Assembly: GCA_017936375.1 (NCBI GenBank)
Contig: JAGBFR010000050.1
Span: 55,597-119,596 of the forward strand
Direction: 5' to 3'
Length of the DNA: 64,000 nt
From: Clostridia bacterium
GTDB taxonomy: Bacteria > Bacillota > Clostridia > Christensenellales > Aristaeellaceae
The notes beneath the pieces were generated by a model that was not told where the DNA came from, did no database searches, and worked only from the letters and a program-made list of their open reading frames with translations. The position numbers and the translations under genes were made by a program. Of the stretch, positions 1-9,580 are shown piece after piece; within the stretch, counting starts at the first letter, position 1, and each line of letters begins with the position of its first letter.

Positions 1-149
1 GGGTCGCTGATGGAGGCGATCACGATGAAGTACATCGGATAGAGCGAGACGATGACCATCAGCGCAGCCAGGGTATAGATGACAAAGTCGAAGACCTTGT
101 CGCTCTTCAGATTCTTGACGTGATTACTGTGCAGAGCTTGCTGAGCCAT
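1..149 (-). CDS. carbohydrate ABC transporter permease, N-terminal fragment (gene runs off the window start)
   Basis: ATG at 147-149 on the minus strand, 19 nt after the stop of the upstream permease. The translation MAQQALHSNHVKNLKSDKVFDFVIYTLAALMVIVSLYPMYFIVIASISDP has a basic N-terminus plus a first TM helix, as in LplC/YtcP-type permeases. Confidence 0.55.
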   Translation of the reverse strand, partial: MAQQALHSNHVKNLKSDKVFDFVIYTLAALMVIVSLYPMYFIVIASISD

Positions 150-168
150 TGTGATTCTTCCTCCTTTC

Positions 169-1098
169 TCAGAACAGAGAGGTGTCGCCCATCTTCTTCG
201 CGATCTGGTTGACGCTCAGAAGCAGGATGAAGTTGACGACATTGTTGAACAGGCCGATCGCAGCGGAGTAGCTGTACTGATTGGACTGCAGGCCCATCTT
301 GTACAGATAGGTGGAGATGATCTCGCTGCTGGCGATGTTCAGGTCGTTCTGCAGGAGGTAGACCTTTTCAAAGCCGACGCTCATGACGCTGCCGGTGCGC
401 AGGATGAAGAGCGTGACCATCGTGGGCAGCAGCATCGGGATGTCGATGAAGCGCATCTTCTGCCACTTGTTCGCGCCGTCGACGACCGCCGCCTCATACA
501 GGCACGGATCGACGGAGGAGAGCGCCGCGATGTACATGATGGAATCCCAGCCGACATGCTGCCACGCCTCCGTCCAGACGTAGATGCTGGAGAAGGCCTC
601 GGCCTTGCCCATCAGGTCGCCCGTCTGGATGCCCACCAGCCCACAGAGCTTGGGGATCACGCCGGAGGACGGGGAGAGAAAGAGGATGATCATGCCGCAC
701 ATGACGACGGTGGAGATGAAGTGCGGCAGATAGGTCGACACCTGGAAGAACTTCTTGAAGCGCTTGGCGTACATCTGATTGCACATCAGCGCCAGGAAGA
801 CCGGCAGCGGGAAGGTGACCAGAATCGTGTAGATGCTGATGATCAGCGTATTCTTGATCGTATTGCCGAACATGTAGGAGCTGAAGTACCGCTCAAAGTA
901 CTTGAAGCCCGCCCACGCGCTGCCCATGATGCCCTGAGCAGGCTTGAAATTCTTGAATGCGATGACCACACCATACATCGGCATATAGGTAAAGCAGATG
1001 AAGATGATGATCGCGGGCAGCATCAGCAGATACAGCCCCCAGTTGCGCTTGATTCTTGCCCAGGTGCTGCTCTCGCCCAGGCTGCGTGTCTGTGCCAT
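169..1098 (-). CDS. carbohydrate ABC transporter permease (LplB/YteP-like)
   Basis: 309-aa multi-TM ORF with the N-terminal KRNWGLYLLMLPAIIIF motif typical of polysaccharide-type ABC permeases. AAGGAG RBS upstream. A second permease follows. Confidence 0.85.
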   Translation of the reverse strand: MAQTRSLGESSTWARIKRNWGLYLLMLPAIIIFICFTYMPMYGVVIAFKNFKPAQGIMGSAWAGFKYFERYFSSYMFGNTIKNTLIISIYTILVTFPLPVFLALMCNQMYAKRFKKFFQVSTYLPHFISTVVMCGMIILFLSPSSGVIPKLCGLVGIQTGDLMGKAEAFSSIYVWTEAWQHVGWDSIMYIAALSSVDPCLYEAAVVDGANKWQKMRFIDIPMLLPTMVTLFILRTGSVMSVGFEKVYLLQNDLNIASSEIISTYLYKMGLQSNQYSYSAAIGLFNNVVNFILLLSVNQIAKKMGDTSLF

Positions 1099-1143
1099 GA
1101 CACTCTCTCCTTCTCTTTGTCTTGTCGTATGCCTTTTACAAAA

Positions 1144-1188
1144 GTTTATCGTTAAACTTCATTGTGTATATTAAGTATATCGATAAAC
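1144..1188. promoter_or_regulatory. two copies of a 14-bp CG-centred palindrome (candidate LacI-family operators)
   Basis: GTTTATCGTTAAAC (1144-1157) and GTATATCGATAAAC (1175-1188) are both one or two changes from the perfect palindrome GTTTATCGATAAAC. Their centres are 31 bp apart. Confidence 0.35.
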
Positions 1189-1202
1189 CGTCCGTCTGTC
1201 AA
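1174..1202 (-). promoter_or_regulatory. sigma-A type promoter for the permease operon
   Basis: The minus strand reads TTGACA, a 17-nt spacer, then TATACT. The -10 and spacer overlap the second palindrome. Confidence 0.6.
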
Positions 1203-1355
1203 GTTAATTTAGACATTTTTTGCATATAATTTTGAGCACTTTGCATCATCCGACGTCTGACGTCTGTGTATCGCGCACAATTCTTAAGGCAAAATCACGC
1301 CGCTTATTTGTCGCATATGTCACAAAAAACGTTTTCACAGACGCCTATCTCTCCG

Positions 1356-1383
1356 CAAAAAAGAAAACGGGCCAGAGCCCGTT
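1356..1383 (-). terminator. intrinsic terminator after the LacI-family gene
   Basis: Minus strand AACGGGC-TCTG-GCCCGTT followed by TTCTTTTTTG. Confidence 0.55.
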
Positions 1384-1400
1384 CTCCATCCCTGTATATT

Positions 1401-2423
1401 TCACCCATTCAGCCGGCAGACAGAATCGCGCTCGACGAGCGCAACATCCAGCATCACATGCCGCTGCTTCTTCTCCGGATTTTCAATGGCGTCGATCATC
1501 ATCTCCACCGCGCAGACAGCCTTTCTGTACATGTCCTGCTTGACCGTCGTCAGCGCGGGCGAAATCAGCCTCGAGGGCAGCGTATCGTCAAAGCCCACGA
1601 CGGAGATATCCCCCGGCGTCCGCATCCCCCTCGCCTGATAGGCGCGCAGGATGCCGCAGGCGATCAGATCCTCCGTGCAGACCATGGCCGTCGGCCGGCG
1701 CTGCATCCCTGCAAGCAGGCCGCCGATGATCTCGCCGCCTTCCTGATGGAAATATGCGTCAAACGTCCATGCCCTGTTCGGCGCAATGCCCTGCTCCGCC
1801 AGCGCGTCGCAGTAGCCCAGATAGCGGTCGTGGATGACCGAGGAATCGTCAATCGTCGGGCCGGCAAAGCCGATATCCCTGTGGCCCATGTCCAGCAGAT
1901 GCTTCGTGGAGATATACCCGCCCTTCTGGTCGTTGAGGCAGACGGAGTTCATCTCCATATCCTCATACACGCGGTCGATGACGACCGTGGGGGCCGCGCT
2001 CCTGCGGACGATGCGGCGGGTGATCTCATCCTCGTGCGGAATGACCATGATCGCGCCGTCCGCCTGCCAGGTGCGCATGAGCGTCAGCGCCTGATCCGCC
2101 TCCTTGAAGGAGCAGAGCATGACGTAGTATCCCTTCTCGCGCAGCAGCGTCTCCACAAGGCCGACCAGCTGGCCGACATAAGGATCCAGCAGCAGCGAGT
2201 CCGCCGTCTCATGCCAGAGCGGCAGCAGCAGCGCGATGATGTGCGACGCCTTTGAGATCAGGCTGCGCGCAGCCATATTCGGCTCATAATGATGCTTTTC
2301 AATGATCTCGCGCACGCGCTCGGCCGTCTTTTTGGAGACCTTGGAGGTCTTGTTGTTGATGACGTTGGAGACCGTCATCACGCTGACGCCCGCCTCCGCC
2401 GCAATCTCCTTGATCGTGATCAT
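1401..2423 (-). CDS. LacI family transcriptional regulator
   Basis: N-terminal HTH MITIKEIAAEAGVSVMTVSNVINN followed by a periplasmic-binding-protein-like sugar-binding fold. 340 aa. Confidence 0.9.
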   Translation of the reverse strand: MITIKEIAAEAGVSVMTVSNVINNKTSKVSKKTAERVREIIEKHHYEPNMAARSLISKASHIIALLLPLWHETADSLLLDPYVGQLVGLVETLLREKGYYVMLCSFKEADQALTLMRTWQADGAIMVIPHEDEITRRIVRRSAAPTVVIDRVYEDMEMNSVCLNDQKGGYISTKHLLDMGHRDIGFAGPTIDDSSVIHDRYLGYCDALAEQGIAPNRAWTFDAYFHQEGGEIIGGLLAGMQRRPTAMVCTEDLIACGILRAYQARGMRTPGDISVVGFDDTLPSRLISPALTTVKQDMYRKAVCAVEMMIDAIENPEKKQRHVMLDVALVERDSVCRLNG

Positions 2424-2513
2424 CCGCGCTCACCTGCCCTTCCGGTATATCGTAAAACCCTACAACATAATAACGAATTCCCGGCCTTTTGTCAATCCAA
2501 TCCCATGCCGCGC

Positions 2514-2555
2514 ACAAAGAAAGAGCGCCCGGCGCGGAAAGTCGCCCGGACGCTC
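2514..2555 (-). terminator. intrinsic terminator after the ABC exporter pair
   Basis: 10-bp GC-rich stem (GAGCGTCCGG/CCGGGCGCTC) followed by TTTCTTTG on the minus strand, just downstream of the stop at 2568. Confidence 0.5.
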
Positions 2556-2567
2556 CTTTATTTTTTA

Positions 2568-4382
2568 TCAGCCGGCGGAAAAGAGGCTGCTCGTCGCCTC
2601 GTCCTCGTACTGGCGGGTGTAGAGATTGTAATAATGGCCGCGCGCGGCGATGAGCTCCTCGTGCCTGCCCTGCTCGATGATCTTGCCGTCGCGGACGACG
2701 AGGATCAGATCCGCATGGCGGACGGTACTCAGCCTGTGCGCGATGACCAGCGAGGTGCGGCCCTTGATGATCGTCTCAATCGCAGACTGGATTTTCTGCT
2801 CGGTCAGCGTGTCGACGGAGGCCGTCGCCTCGTCGAGCACGAGAATGCGCGGATCGGCGAGGATCGCGCGGGCAAAGGAGATCAGCTGCTTTTCGCCGGT
2901 GGAGAGCATGTCGCCGCCCTCGCCGACGTCGCTGTCGAGCCCCTTGTCCATGCGGTCGACCACCTCCTGCGCGGAGACAAGCGCCAGCGCGCGGCGGATC
3001 TCCTCCTCCGTGGCGTCAGGATTGCCGTAGAGCAGGTTTTCCCGCACGGTGCCGGAGAAGAGATGCGGCGTCTGCAGGACATAGCCGATCGCCGAATGCA
3101 GCCAGAGCTGCGAGCGCTCGCGCGCGTCCCGCCCGTCGATGAGCACCTGACCGCGCGTGGGCTCAAAGAAGCGGCAGACGAGATTGACCAGCGTGCTCTT
3201 GCCCGCGCCCGTCTCGCCGACGATGGCGATGTTCGAGCCGAAGGGGATCTTCAGGCTGAAGTTTTCCAGCACATACTCGTCCCCGTCCGGGTATTTGAAA
3301 TCGACGTCCCTGAATTCGATGTCGCCGCGGATGGGCTCCCAGTTTTCCCGCTTGGGATGGAAGGCGTCGCCGTACTTTGCAATGACCTCGGGCGTGTCCG
3401 CCACGTCGGAGGTCGTCTCCAGCAGGCGGGAGAAGCGCTCGATATTCACCTGCGTGGTGATCAGCTCCGAGATCGCGTCGATGATCCAGCGGACGGGCTC
3501 CATCATGCCCTGCGCATAGGACATGAACATGGAGAACGTGCCGACCTCGCTCGCGGCGATATACCCGCCCCGCCAGAGAACGACCGCCAGCGCAAGGGAG
3601 GAAGCCATGTTCATCGTCGCGGCGAAGAGACCGCGCAGATGCGCCGCATGGACGGACCTGCGCCGGATCGCGCCGGTATCCTTGAGGAAGTCGCGCGCCA
3701 TCTTGTCCTCGATGACGAGCGCCTTGATCGTCTTCGCGCCGGTGATGCCCTCGTTAAAGTCGCTGGTGATCTGCGAATTGAGCTCGCGCACCTCGCGGTT
3801 GACGCGGATGAGCTTCGTCTGGAAGACGGAAAAGAGGACGACGAGCAGCGGCAGAATCGCGATGACCAGCAGCGCCAGCCTCGCATTGACTGCCAGCATC
3901 ACCAGCACCGCGCCGATGAGATAGGACAGGTGCCACACGCTGTCCATCAGCGACCAGGAGACCAGCGAGCCGATGCGCGAGGTATCGCTGATCACGCGCG
4001 CATGGATGTAGCCCACGCTGTTCTGATTGAAATAGGAGAAGGACAGCGTCTGCAGATGGCGGAAGGCCGCGTTGCGCAGGTCGCGATTCACGCCGACCTC
4101 CACCTTCATCGCATTGTTGCAGGAGATGTAATTGACCACGCCCGTCAGAAAGACGACAACCACGTAAACCGCGATGAACAGCGGCAGCCCGTCTAGCGTG
4201 CCCTTGGCGATAAAGTGATTGAGCGCATAGCGCTGGAACTGGGGGATCAGCAGGTCGATGCCCGTGGAGAGCAGGCCGCAGGCGACCATTGCCGCGACGA
4301 GGCCGCGGAATTTCTTCATAAAGGGCAGCACCTTGCCGATGCCGAAGAAGGGCAGCGAGCGCTTTTCATTGTCTCTCTTCAT
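2568..4382 (-). CDS. ABC transporter permease/ATP-binding protein (type I exporter half-transporter)
   Basis: 604 aa. Six-TM N-terminal domain plus an NBD with Walker A GETGAGKST, signature LSTGEKQ and Walker B ILVLDEA. Confidence 0.9.
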   Translation of the reverse strand: MKRDNEKRSLPFFGIGKVLPFMKKFRGLVAAMVACGLLSTGIDLLIPQFQRYALNHFIAKGTLDGLPLFIAVYVVVVFLTGVVNYISCNNAMKVEVGVNRDLRNAAFRHLQTLSFSYFNQNSVGYIHARVISDTSRIGSLVSWSLMDSVWHLSYLIGAVLVMLAVNARLALLVIAILPLLVVLFSVFQTKLIRVNREVRELNSQITSDFNEGITGAKTIKALVIEDKMARDFLKDTGAIRRRSVHAAHLRGLFAATMNMASSLALAVVLWRGGYIAASEVGTFSMFMSYAQGMMEPVRWIIDAISELITTQVNIERFSRLLETTSDVADTPEVIAKYGDAFHPKRENWEPIRGDIEFRDVDFKYPDGDEYVLENFSLKIPFGSNIAIVGETGAGKSTLVNLVCRFFEPTRGQVLIDGRDARERSQLWLHSAIGYVLQTPHLFSGTVRENLLYGNPDATEEEIRRALALVSAQEVVDRMDKGLDSDVGEGGDMLSTGEKQLISFARAILADPRILVLDEATASVDTLTEQKIQSAIETIIKGRTSLVIAHRLSTVRHADLILVVRDGKIIEQGRHEELIAARGHYYNLYTRQYEDEATSSLFSAG

Positions 4383-6211
4383 GCCTGCGCCTCCTTTCCC
4401 GTCATCGTTTGGATCTCATAGATGCGCTGATAGAGGCCGCCCGCCGTCTGCAGCTGCTGCGGCGCGCCCATCTCCGCGATGCGCCCCTTATCCAGGACGA
4501 TCACCTGATCGGCCTTGGAGAGCGTCGTGATGCGGTGGGAGATCAGGATGATGCTCGCGCTGCCAAAGCGCGCCTCCAGCGCCTTGCGGATCTTCGCGTC
4601 CGTCTCCGCATCGACAGCGGAGAGGGAGTCGTCAAAGATCATGATCGGCGTGTGCTTGGTCAGCATGCGCGCAATCGCCGCGCGCTGCTTCTGCCCGCCG
4701 GAGAGCGTCACGCCGCGCTCGCCGACAAACGTGTCATACCCCTTGGCAAATCCCTCGATCGTCTCATCCAGACAGGCTGCGCGCGCCGCCTCGCGGATGT
4801 CGCTGAGCGTCAGCCCCTCGTCCGTGATGGAGAGATTCTCCTGCAGCGTGCGCGAGAAGAGGAAGGGCTCCTGCAGGACGATGCCGATGTTCTTCCTCAG
4901 GTGCTCGCGGCGGATTCGGGCGATATCCACCCCGCCGACGGTGATGCGCCCGCAGCCCTCGGGCAGGTCATAGAGCCTGTCCAGCAGGAGCATGAGGGTC
5001 GACTTGCCGCTGCCCGTGCCGCCGAGGATGCCCAGCGTCGTGCCGGCCTTCATGGTGAAGGTGATGTCGTGGAGCATCTGCGGGCAGCCGTCATAGGCAA
5101 AGTTCACATGCTCAAAGGCAATATCCCCGCTCATGTCGGGCTCCAGCGCGTCCTCGCAGTCCCGCTCAACCGGCGAATCCATGATGTAGCCGATACGGTC
5201 GAGCGCGACGCCCGCTTTGCTCATGTCCGAGATCATGCGGCCCAGCTGGCGCACCGGCCAGATGAGCATCGAGCTGTAGGAGACGAATGCGATGTACTCG
5301 CCCGCGCTCATCCGCCCCTGCAGGCAGAAGAGTACGCCGAAGACGACCACCAGCATGATCTGCAGGCCGCTGAGGATATCGGAAGTGCTCCAGAACCTGG
5401 CCATCAGCTTCGCCATCTTCACCCACAGGCCGGTGTACATCTCATTGTGCGCCTCGAATCGGTCGCGCTCATAGCGCTCGCGGCCAAAGGCGCGCACCAC
5501 GCGCACACCGGTCAGGTTTTCCTGCACCATGGCGGAGAGCCTGCCCTCCGCCTCGTCGCATGCCTTAAAGCCGCCGCCCAGCTTCCTGTGGAACCAGAGC
5601 GAATAGATCACCGTGAGCGGCATCGGCAGCAGCGCAATCACCGCGAGCAGCGGATTCATGGAGAACATGAATACCATGCTCAGCACGACCAGCAGCAGGA
5701 TGCGGAACAGGCCCGTCATCTGCCCGGCGACGAAATTGCGCGTCGTCTCAATATCCGATGTGCAGCGCTGGATGATGTCGCCCGTGTGATTCTTCATGTG
5801 CCAGCTGAAGGGCAGATGCTCGATGTGCGTATAGAGCGTGTCGCGCATGGTCTTCACCAGCGACTCCGCGCCGCGCGTGTTGAAGACCAGAAAGCCGTAC
5901 TGCGCGATCACCTTGACCGCCGCCACCAGCAGCACCGCCAGCGCCATGATCCACAGATGCTCGCCCAGATACGCAAAGCCGCCGACCGCATTCACCAGAC
6001 GCATGACCGCCGGGCCGAATGTCGGCGCATTGCCGCCGATGGCATTGTCCACCGCCGCGCGGATGATCTGCGGCGAGATCATCTCCGCCAGCGTCGTCAG
6101 CGCCGCCATCAGCATGCCCACAGCAAACAGCCTGCGGCTGCCGCGCAGAAAGCGCCAGACCAGCGCGGCGCGCCCCGTCTTCTGCCCGTTATTGGGCTCG
6201 TTTTTCTGCAT
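4379..6211 (-). CDS. ABC transporter permease/ATP-binding protein (heterodimer partner)
   Basis: 610 aa with the same architecture: Walker A GGTGSGKST, signature LSGGQKQ. ATGA start/stop overlap with the downstream half-transporter. Confidence 0.9.
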   Translation of the reverse strand: MQKNEPNNGQKTGRAALVWRFLRGSRRLFAVGMLMAALTTLAEMISPQIIRAAVDNAIGGNAPTFGPAVMRLVNAVGGFAYLGEHLWIMALAVLLVAAVKVIAQYGFLVFNTRGAESLVKTMRDTLYTHIEHLPFSWHMKNHTGDIIQRCTSDIETTRNFVAGQMTGLFRILLLVVLSMVFMFSMNPLLAVIALLPMPLTVIYSLWFHRKLGGGFKACDEAEGRLSAMVQENLTGVRVVRAFGRERYERDRFEAHNEMYTGLWVKMAKLMARFWSTSDILSGLQIMLVVVFGVLFCLQGRMSAGEYIAFVSYSSMLIWPVRQLGRMISDMSKAGVALDRIGYIMDSPVERDCEDALEPDMSGDIAFEHVNFAYDGCPQMLHDITFTMKAGTTLGILGGTGSGKSTLMLLLDRLYDLPEGCGRITVGGVDIARIRREHLRKNIGIVLQEPFLFSRTLQENLSITDEGLTLSDIREAARAACLDETIEGFAKGYDTFVGERGVTLSGGQKQRAAIARMLTKHTPIMIFDDSLSAVDAETDAKIRKALEARFGSASIILISHRITTLSKADQVIVLDKGRIAEMGAPQQLQTAGGLYQRIYEIQTMTGKEAQA

Positions 6212-6298
6212 GGTATTCCCCTCCTTCCCGCCGCGCAGACGCGCGGGGTCTCATGCATGTGTGTCTCCTTCATCGCAGGGCGCATCCCCTCCGTCCGC

Positions 6299-6347
6299 AA
6301 AAAAGCCGGACAAGCGGCAGGAATCTCACCTGACATCTTATCCGGCT
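6299..6347 (-). terminator. terminator-like hairpin inside the leader of the ABC exporter operon (possible attenuator)
   Basis: On the minus strand, AGCCGGATAAG and CTTGTCCGGCT form an 11-bp stem followed by TTTTTGCGG. It lies about 90 nt upstream of the start codon at 6211. Confidence 0.4.
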
Positions 6348-6390
6348 CATGACTTTCCGCGAAGCTTCCGCCCTCCGATGTATTGCCGAT

Positions 6391-6419
6391 AGTATAGCGC
6401 AGCGGCCGCGCAATGTCAA
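6391..6419 (-). promoter_or_regulatory. sigma-A type promoter of the ABC exporter operon
   Basis: The minus strand reads TTGACA, a 17-nt spacer, then TATACT. Confidence 0.6.
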
Positions 6420-6468
6420 TCGCGCAGCCGCCGCAGGTTTATTTATGAAAGATATCCTTCTTTTGCGC

Positions 6469-7686
6469 TTACAGCCGGAAATCCTCGCCGTAGCCGTAAT
6501 GCTCCACGACGTAGTCGACGTCCTTGTCTCCGCGGCCGCTGAGCGTCGCGAGGATGGAGCCGGTGCCCATCTCCTTCGCCTTGCGCATGGCAAAGGCGAC
6601 GGCGTGCGCGCTCTCCAGCGCCGGGATGATGCCCTCGTAGCGGCTGAGCGCATAGAAGGCCTGCACGGCCTCCTCGTCGGTCGCCGTCTCGTACTTGACG
6701 CGGCCGAGGTCGCGCAGGAAGGCATGCTCCGGGCCGACGGACGGATAGTCAAGGCCGCTGGCGATGGAATACACCGGCGCGGGCTCGCCCTGCTCGTCCT
6801 TGAGCATGATGCTCTTGAAGCCGTGCATCACGCCCGGCGTGCCGTGCTTCATCGACGCGGCATGATCGCCCAGCTTGTCGCCGCGGCCCAGCGGCTCCAC
6901 GCCGTAGAGATCGACGGCGGAATCGAGGAACGGAACGAACGTTCCGATGGAGTTGCTGCCGCCGCCCACGCACGCGCAGACCGCGTCCGGCTCAAGGCCG
7001 GTCATCTCCTTGAACTGATCGCGCATCTCCTGGCCCACAACCATCTGGAAATCACGCACCATCAGCGGGAAGGGATGCGGGCCCAGCACGCTGCCGATGC
7101 AGTAGATCGCGTCCTTGTAATCGCGCGCATATGCCTCAAAGGCGGAGTCGACCGCCTCCTTGAGCGTCTTGAGGCCATGCGTGACGGGCACGACCTTCGC
7201 GCCGAGGATCTTCATGCGGGTGACGTTGGGCGCCTGCTTGGCGATGTCGACCTCGCCCATGTGAATCTCGCACTCCAGGCCAAAGAACGCAGCCGCCGTC
7301 GCCAGCGCCACGCCGTGCTGACCCGCGCCGGTCTCGGCGATGAGCTTCTTCTTGCCCATGTACTTGGCCAGCAGACCCTCGCCCATGCAGTGGTTGAGCT
7401 TGTGCGCGCCGGAGTGGTTGAGGTCCTCGCGCTTGAGGTAGATCTGCGCGCCGCCAACCTTGCGGGAGAGGCGCTCGCAGTGATACACGGGCGTCGGACG
7501 GCCCTGGAAATCCTTGCGGATGCGGCGGAGCTCATTGATGAACTGCGCGCTGTGGCAGATGGTCTGATATGCCTCGGTAATCTCAGCGAAGGCCGCCTTC
7601 AATTCGTCAGAAATCACGGCGCCGCCGTACTCGCCGAAGTAGCCGTTCTTGTCCGGGTAATAGCGCAGATAGGTGCGGTAGTCCAT
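6469..7686 (-). CDS. trpB: tryptophan synthase beta chain-like PLP enzyme (stand-alone)
   Basis: Collinear with TrpB throughout: [20 protein letters not shown] (PLP lysine), [35 protein letters not shown] place the start at MDYRTY (7686) rather than the ORF-track 7755. Confidence 0.85.
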   Translation of the reverse strand: MDYRTYLRYYPDKNGYFGEYGGAVISDELKAAFAEITEAYQTICHSAQFINELRRIRKDFQGRPTPVYHCERLSRKVGGAQIYLKREDLNHSGAHKLNHCMGEGLLAKYMGKKKLIAETGAGQHGVALATAAAFFGLECEIHMGEVDIAKQAPNVTRMKILGAKVVPVTHGLKTLKEAVDSAFEAYARDYKDAIYCIGSVLGPHPFPLMVRDFQMVVGQEMRDQFKEMTGLEPDAVCACVGGGSNSIGTFVPFLDSAVDLYGVEPLGRGDKLGDHAASMKHGTPGVMHGFKSIMLKDEQGEPAPVYSIASGLDYPSVGPEHAFLRDLGRVKYETATDEEAVQAFYALSRYEGIIPALESAHAVAFAMRKAKEMGTGSILATLSGRGDKDVDYVVEHYGYGEDFRL

Positions 7687-7909
7687 GGGGATGTTCCTCC
7701 TTCGGTGCATGGTGTCGAGAAATGCGCGCGGGGCAGCGCCGCCCCGCCGCAGCAATTCCGTATTGTATCTATATGATAACCCGAATTGCGGCGCAATGCA
7801 AGCCGCTGGAGCAGATTTGCTCGCACGCCCTTTCAGCGCCGGAATCCTTATGGTATACTATCCCCATCACCGCGCGCGTTCCCCGCGCCGACGAACAGGA
7901 GAGACCGCC

Positions 7910-8842
7910 ATGAACAACCGCCTGATCCCGCCCTTTGAGGGACCGCTGAGCGAATTCCCCTCCGCGCCCCATACGCCCGAGGGCGTAAAGACCGTCCATC
8001 TCAGGGACAGCTTCGGCCTGTCCGTCCGCTTTGTCCCCGGCGTGGTCTATGTACAGCATGAGAGCGGCCCGCTGCACCTGCATCTGCTCCTTCCCCATGA
8101 CGGGGAGCAGCCGGACGCCCTGCGCCCGTTGATCGTCTATGTGCAGGGCTCCGCATGGCACAGGCAGTCGATCTTTGAGCATCTGCCGCATCTCATCCGC
8201 GTCTGCCAGCAGGGCTATGCCGTCGCCATGACGGAATACCGCCCGAGCGAGGTCGCCCCCTTCCCCGCGCAGATCGAGGACGCGAAGACCGCCGTCCGCT
8301 TCATGCGCATGCACGCCAGGGAGTACGGCATGGATGCGGAGCGCATCGCGCTCTGGGGCGATTCCAGCGGCGGGCACACGGCAGTCATGGCCGGCGTCAC
8401 GGCAGACGGCACGCTCGACCCCGGTCTGTATAACGAATACTCATGCGCCGTGCGCTGCATCGTCGACTGGTACGGCCCGACGGACATCTCGAAGATGAAT
8501 CTCGTCCCCAGCGTGCAGGATCACACCGGGCCGGACAGCCCAGAGGGCTGGCTCATCGGCCGCAAGCCCGTGCTCGAGCACCCCTACCTCGCCGCCATGA
8601 CCGTCCCGATGCATTACCTGAAGTCCGACATCCCCACGCCGCCGATGCTCATCATGCACGGCTCGCGCGATCAGCTGGTGCATTTTGAGCAGAGCTGCCT
8701 GCTCTACAGGCGTCTGCGCGAGCTGGGCAGGGACGTCGAGATGATCCGCCTCGAGGGCGCATACCACGGCTTCGGCGGCTTCAACAGCCCGGAGGCGCTC
8801 GATCTTGTGATCGATTTCCTCGACAGAAAGCTCGGGCGCTGA
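7910..8842 (+). CDS. alpha/beta hydrolase (esterase/lipase family)
   Basis: Nucleophile elbow GDSSGG, with downstream D and H (MHGSRDQLV, AYHGF). Start at MNNRLIPP. Confidence 0.75.
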   Translation: MNNRLIPPFEGPLSEFPSAPHTPEGVKTVHLRDSFGLSVRFVPGVVYVQHESGPLHLHLLLPHDGEQPDALRPLIVYVQGSAWHRQSIFEHLPHLIRVCQQGYAVAMTEYRPSEVAPFPAQIEDAKTAVRFMRMHAREYGMDAERIALWGDSSGGHTAVMAGVTADGTLDPGLYNEYSCAVRCIVDWYGPTDISKMNLVPSVQDHTGPDSPEGWLIGRKPVLEHPYLAAMTVPMHYLKSDIPTPPMLIMHGSRDQLVHFEQSCLLYRRLRELGRDVEMIRLEGAYHGFGGFNSPEALDLVIDFLDRKLGR

Positions 8843-8948
8843 TCCCTCCGCATGCCGTGCGGCAGGATCAATTCTGAATCGTCTATGGGACGCTCGTCCC
8901 CTCAGATTCGTGCTATGATAAAGGAACCAAACGCAAAGGAGTATCGCC

Positions 8949-9455
8949 ATGAAAATCGAAACCAACCGGCTGGTCATCACCGAATTCACCATGGATATGG
9001 CCGAGGCCGTTCATCTCAATTCTCTGGATGAGGACAACCGCCGCTTCGTCCCTGACGAGGTCTTTGAAACCGTGGAAGAGGCGGCGGAGACCGTCTCCTT
9101 CCTGATGAGTGTCTATGAAAGCGGCGACGGCCCGCTGGTGTACCCCGTTCTTCTCAAGGACGGCACGTACGTCGGCTATGTGCAGGCCGTTCCCTTTGGC
9201 GGCGGCGCGTGGGAGATCGGCTACCACATCGGCAGCCCGTACACAAAGAAGGGCTACGCCACCGAGGCGGTCAGCGCGTTTCTGCCCGTGATTCTGCCTA
9301 AACTCGGCGTCGACACGATCGCCGGCGTCTGCCTTGCGGAGAACAAGGCCTCCGTCAAGGTCATGGAGCGCTGCGGCTTCAAAAAGGAGTTTGAGGGCAT
9401 GGGCCCCTATCAGGGCGAAGAGCGGGCAATCTGCAGGTATTCCTATTCGGTCTGA
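8949..9455 (+). CDS. GNAT family N-acetyltransferase (RimJ/RimL-like)
   Basis: 168 aa with an acetyl-CoA binding core YTKKGYATEAVSAF. Confidence 0.8.
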   Translation: MKIETNRLVITEFTMDMAEAVHLNSLDEDNRRFVPDEVFETVEEAAETVSFLMSVYESGDGPLVYPVLLKDGTYVGYVQAVPFGGGAWEIGYHIGSPYTKKGYATEAVSAFLPVILPKLGVDTIAGVCLAENKASVKVMERCGFKKEFEGMGPYQGEERAICRYSYSV

Positions 9456-9580
9456 GGAGCCGTACCATAGCGGACGCTTCCATTCCCTTCCTTTATCGGC
9501 AATTAAAACAAAGAATTACACGATGGATTCCATTGATATTTTGCCGATAAGGGAATATAATATACATGGAGGCTGATCAT

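Noticed and set aside
6270-6752. 160-aa Arg-rich minus-strand ORF overlapping the 3' end of trpB in another frame.
   Set aside because: Its composition ([12 protein letters not shown]...) is non-protein-like, and it overlaps a motif-complete gene. Only its last 26 codons are considered, as a weak leader-peptide candidate for the ABC operon.
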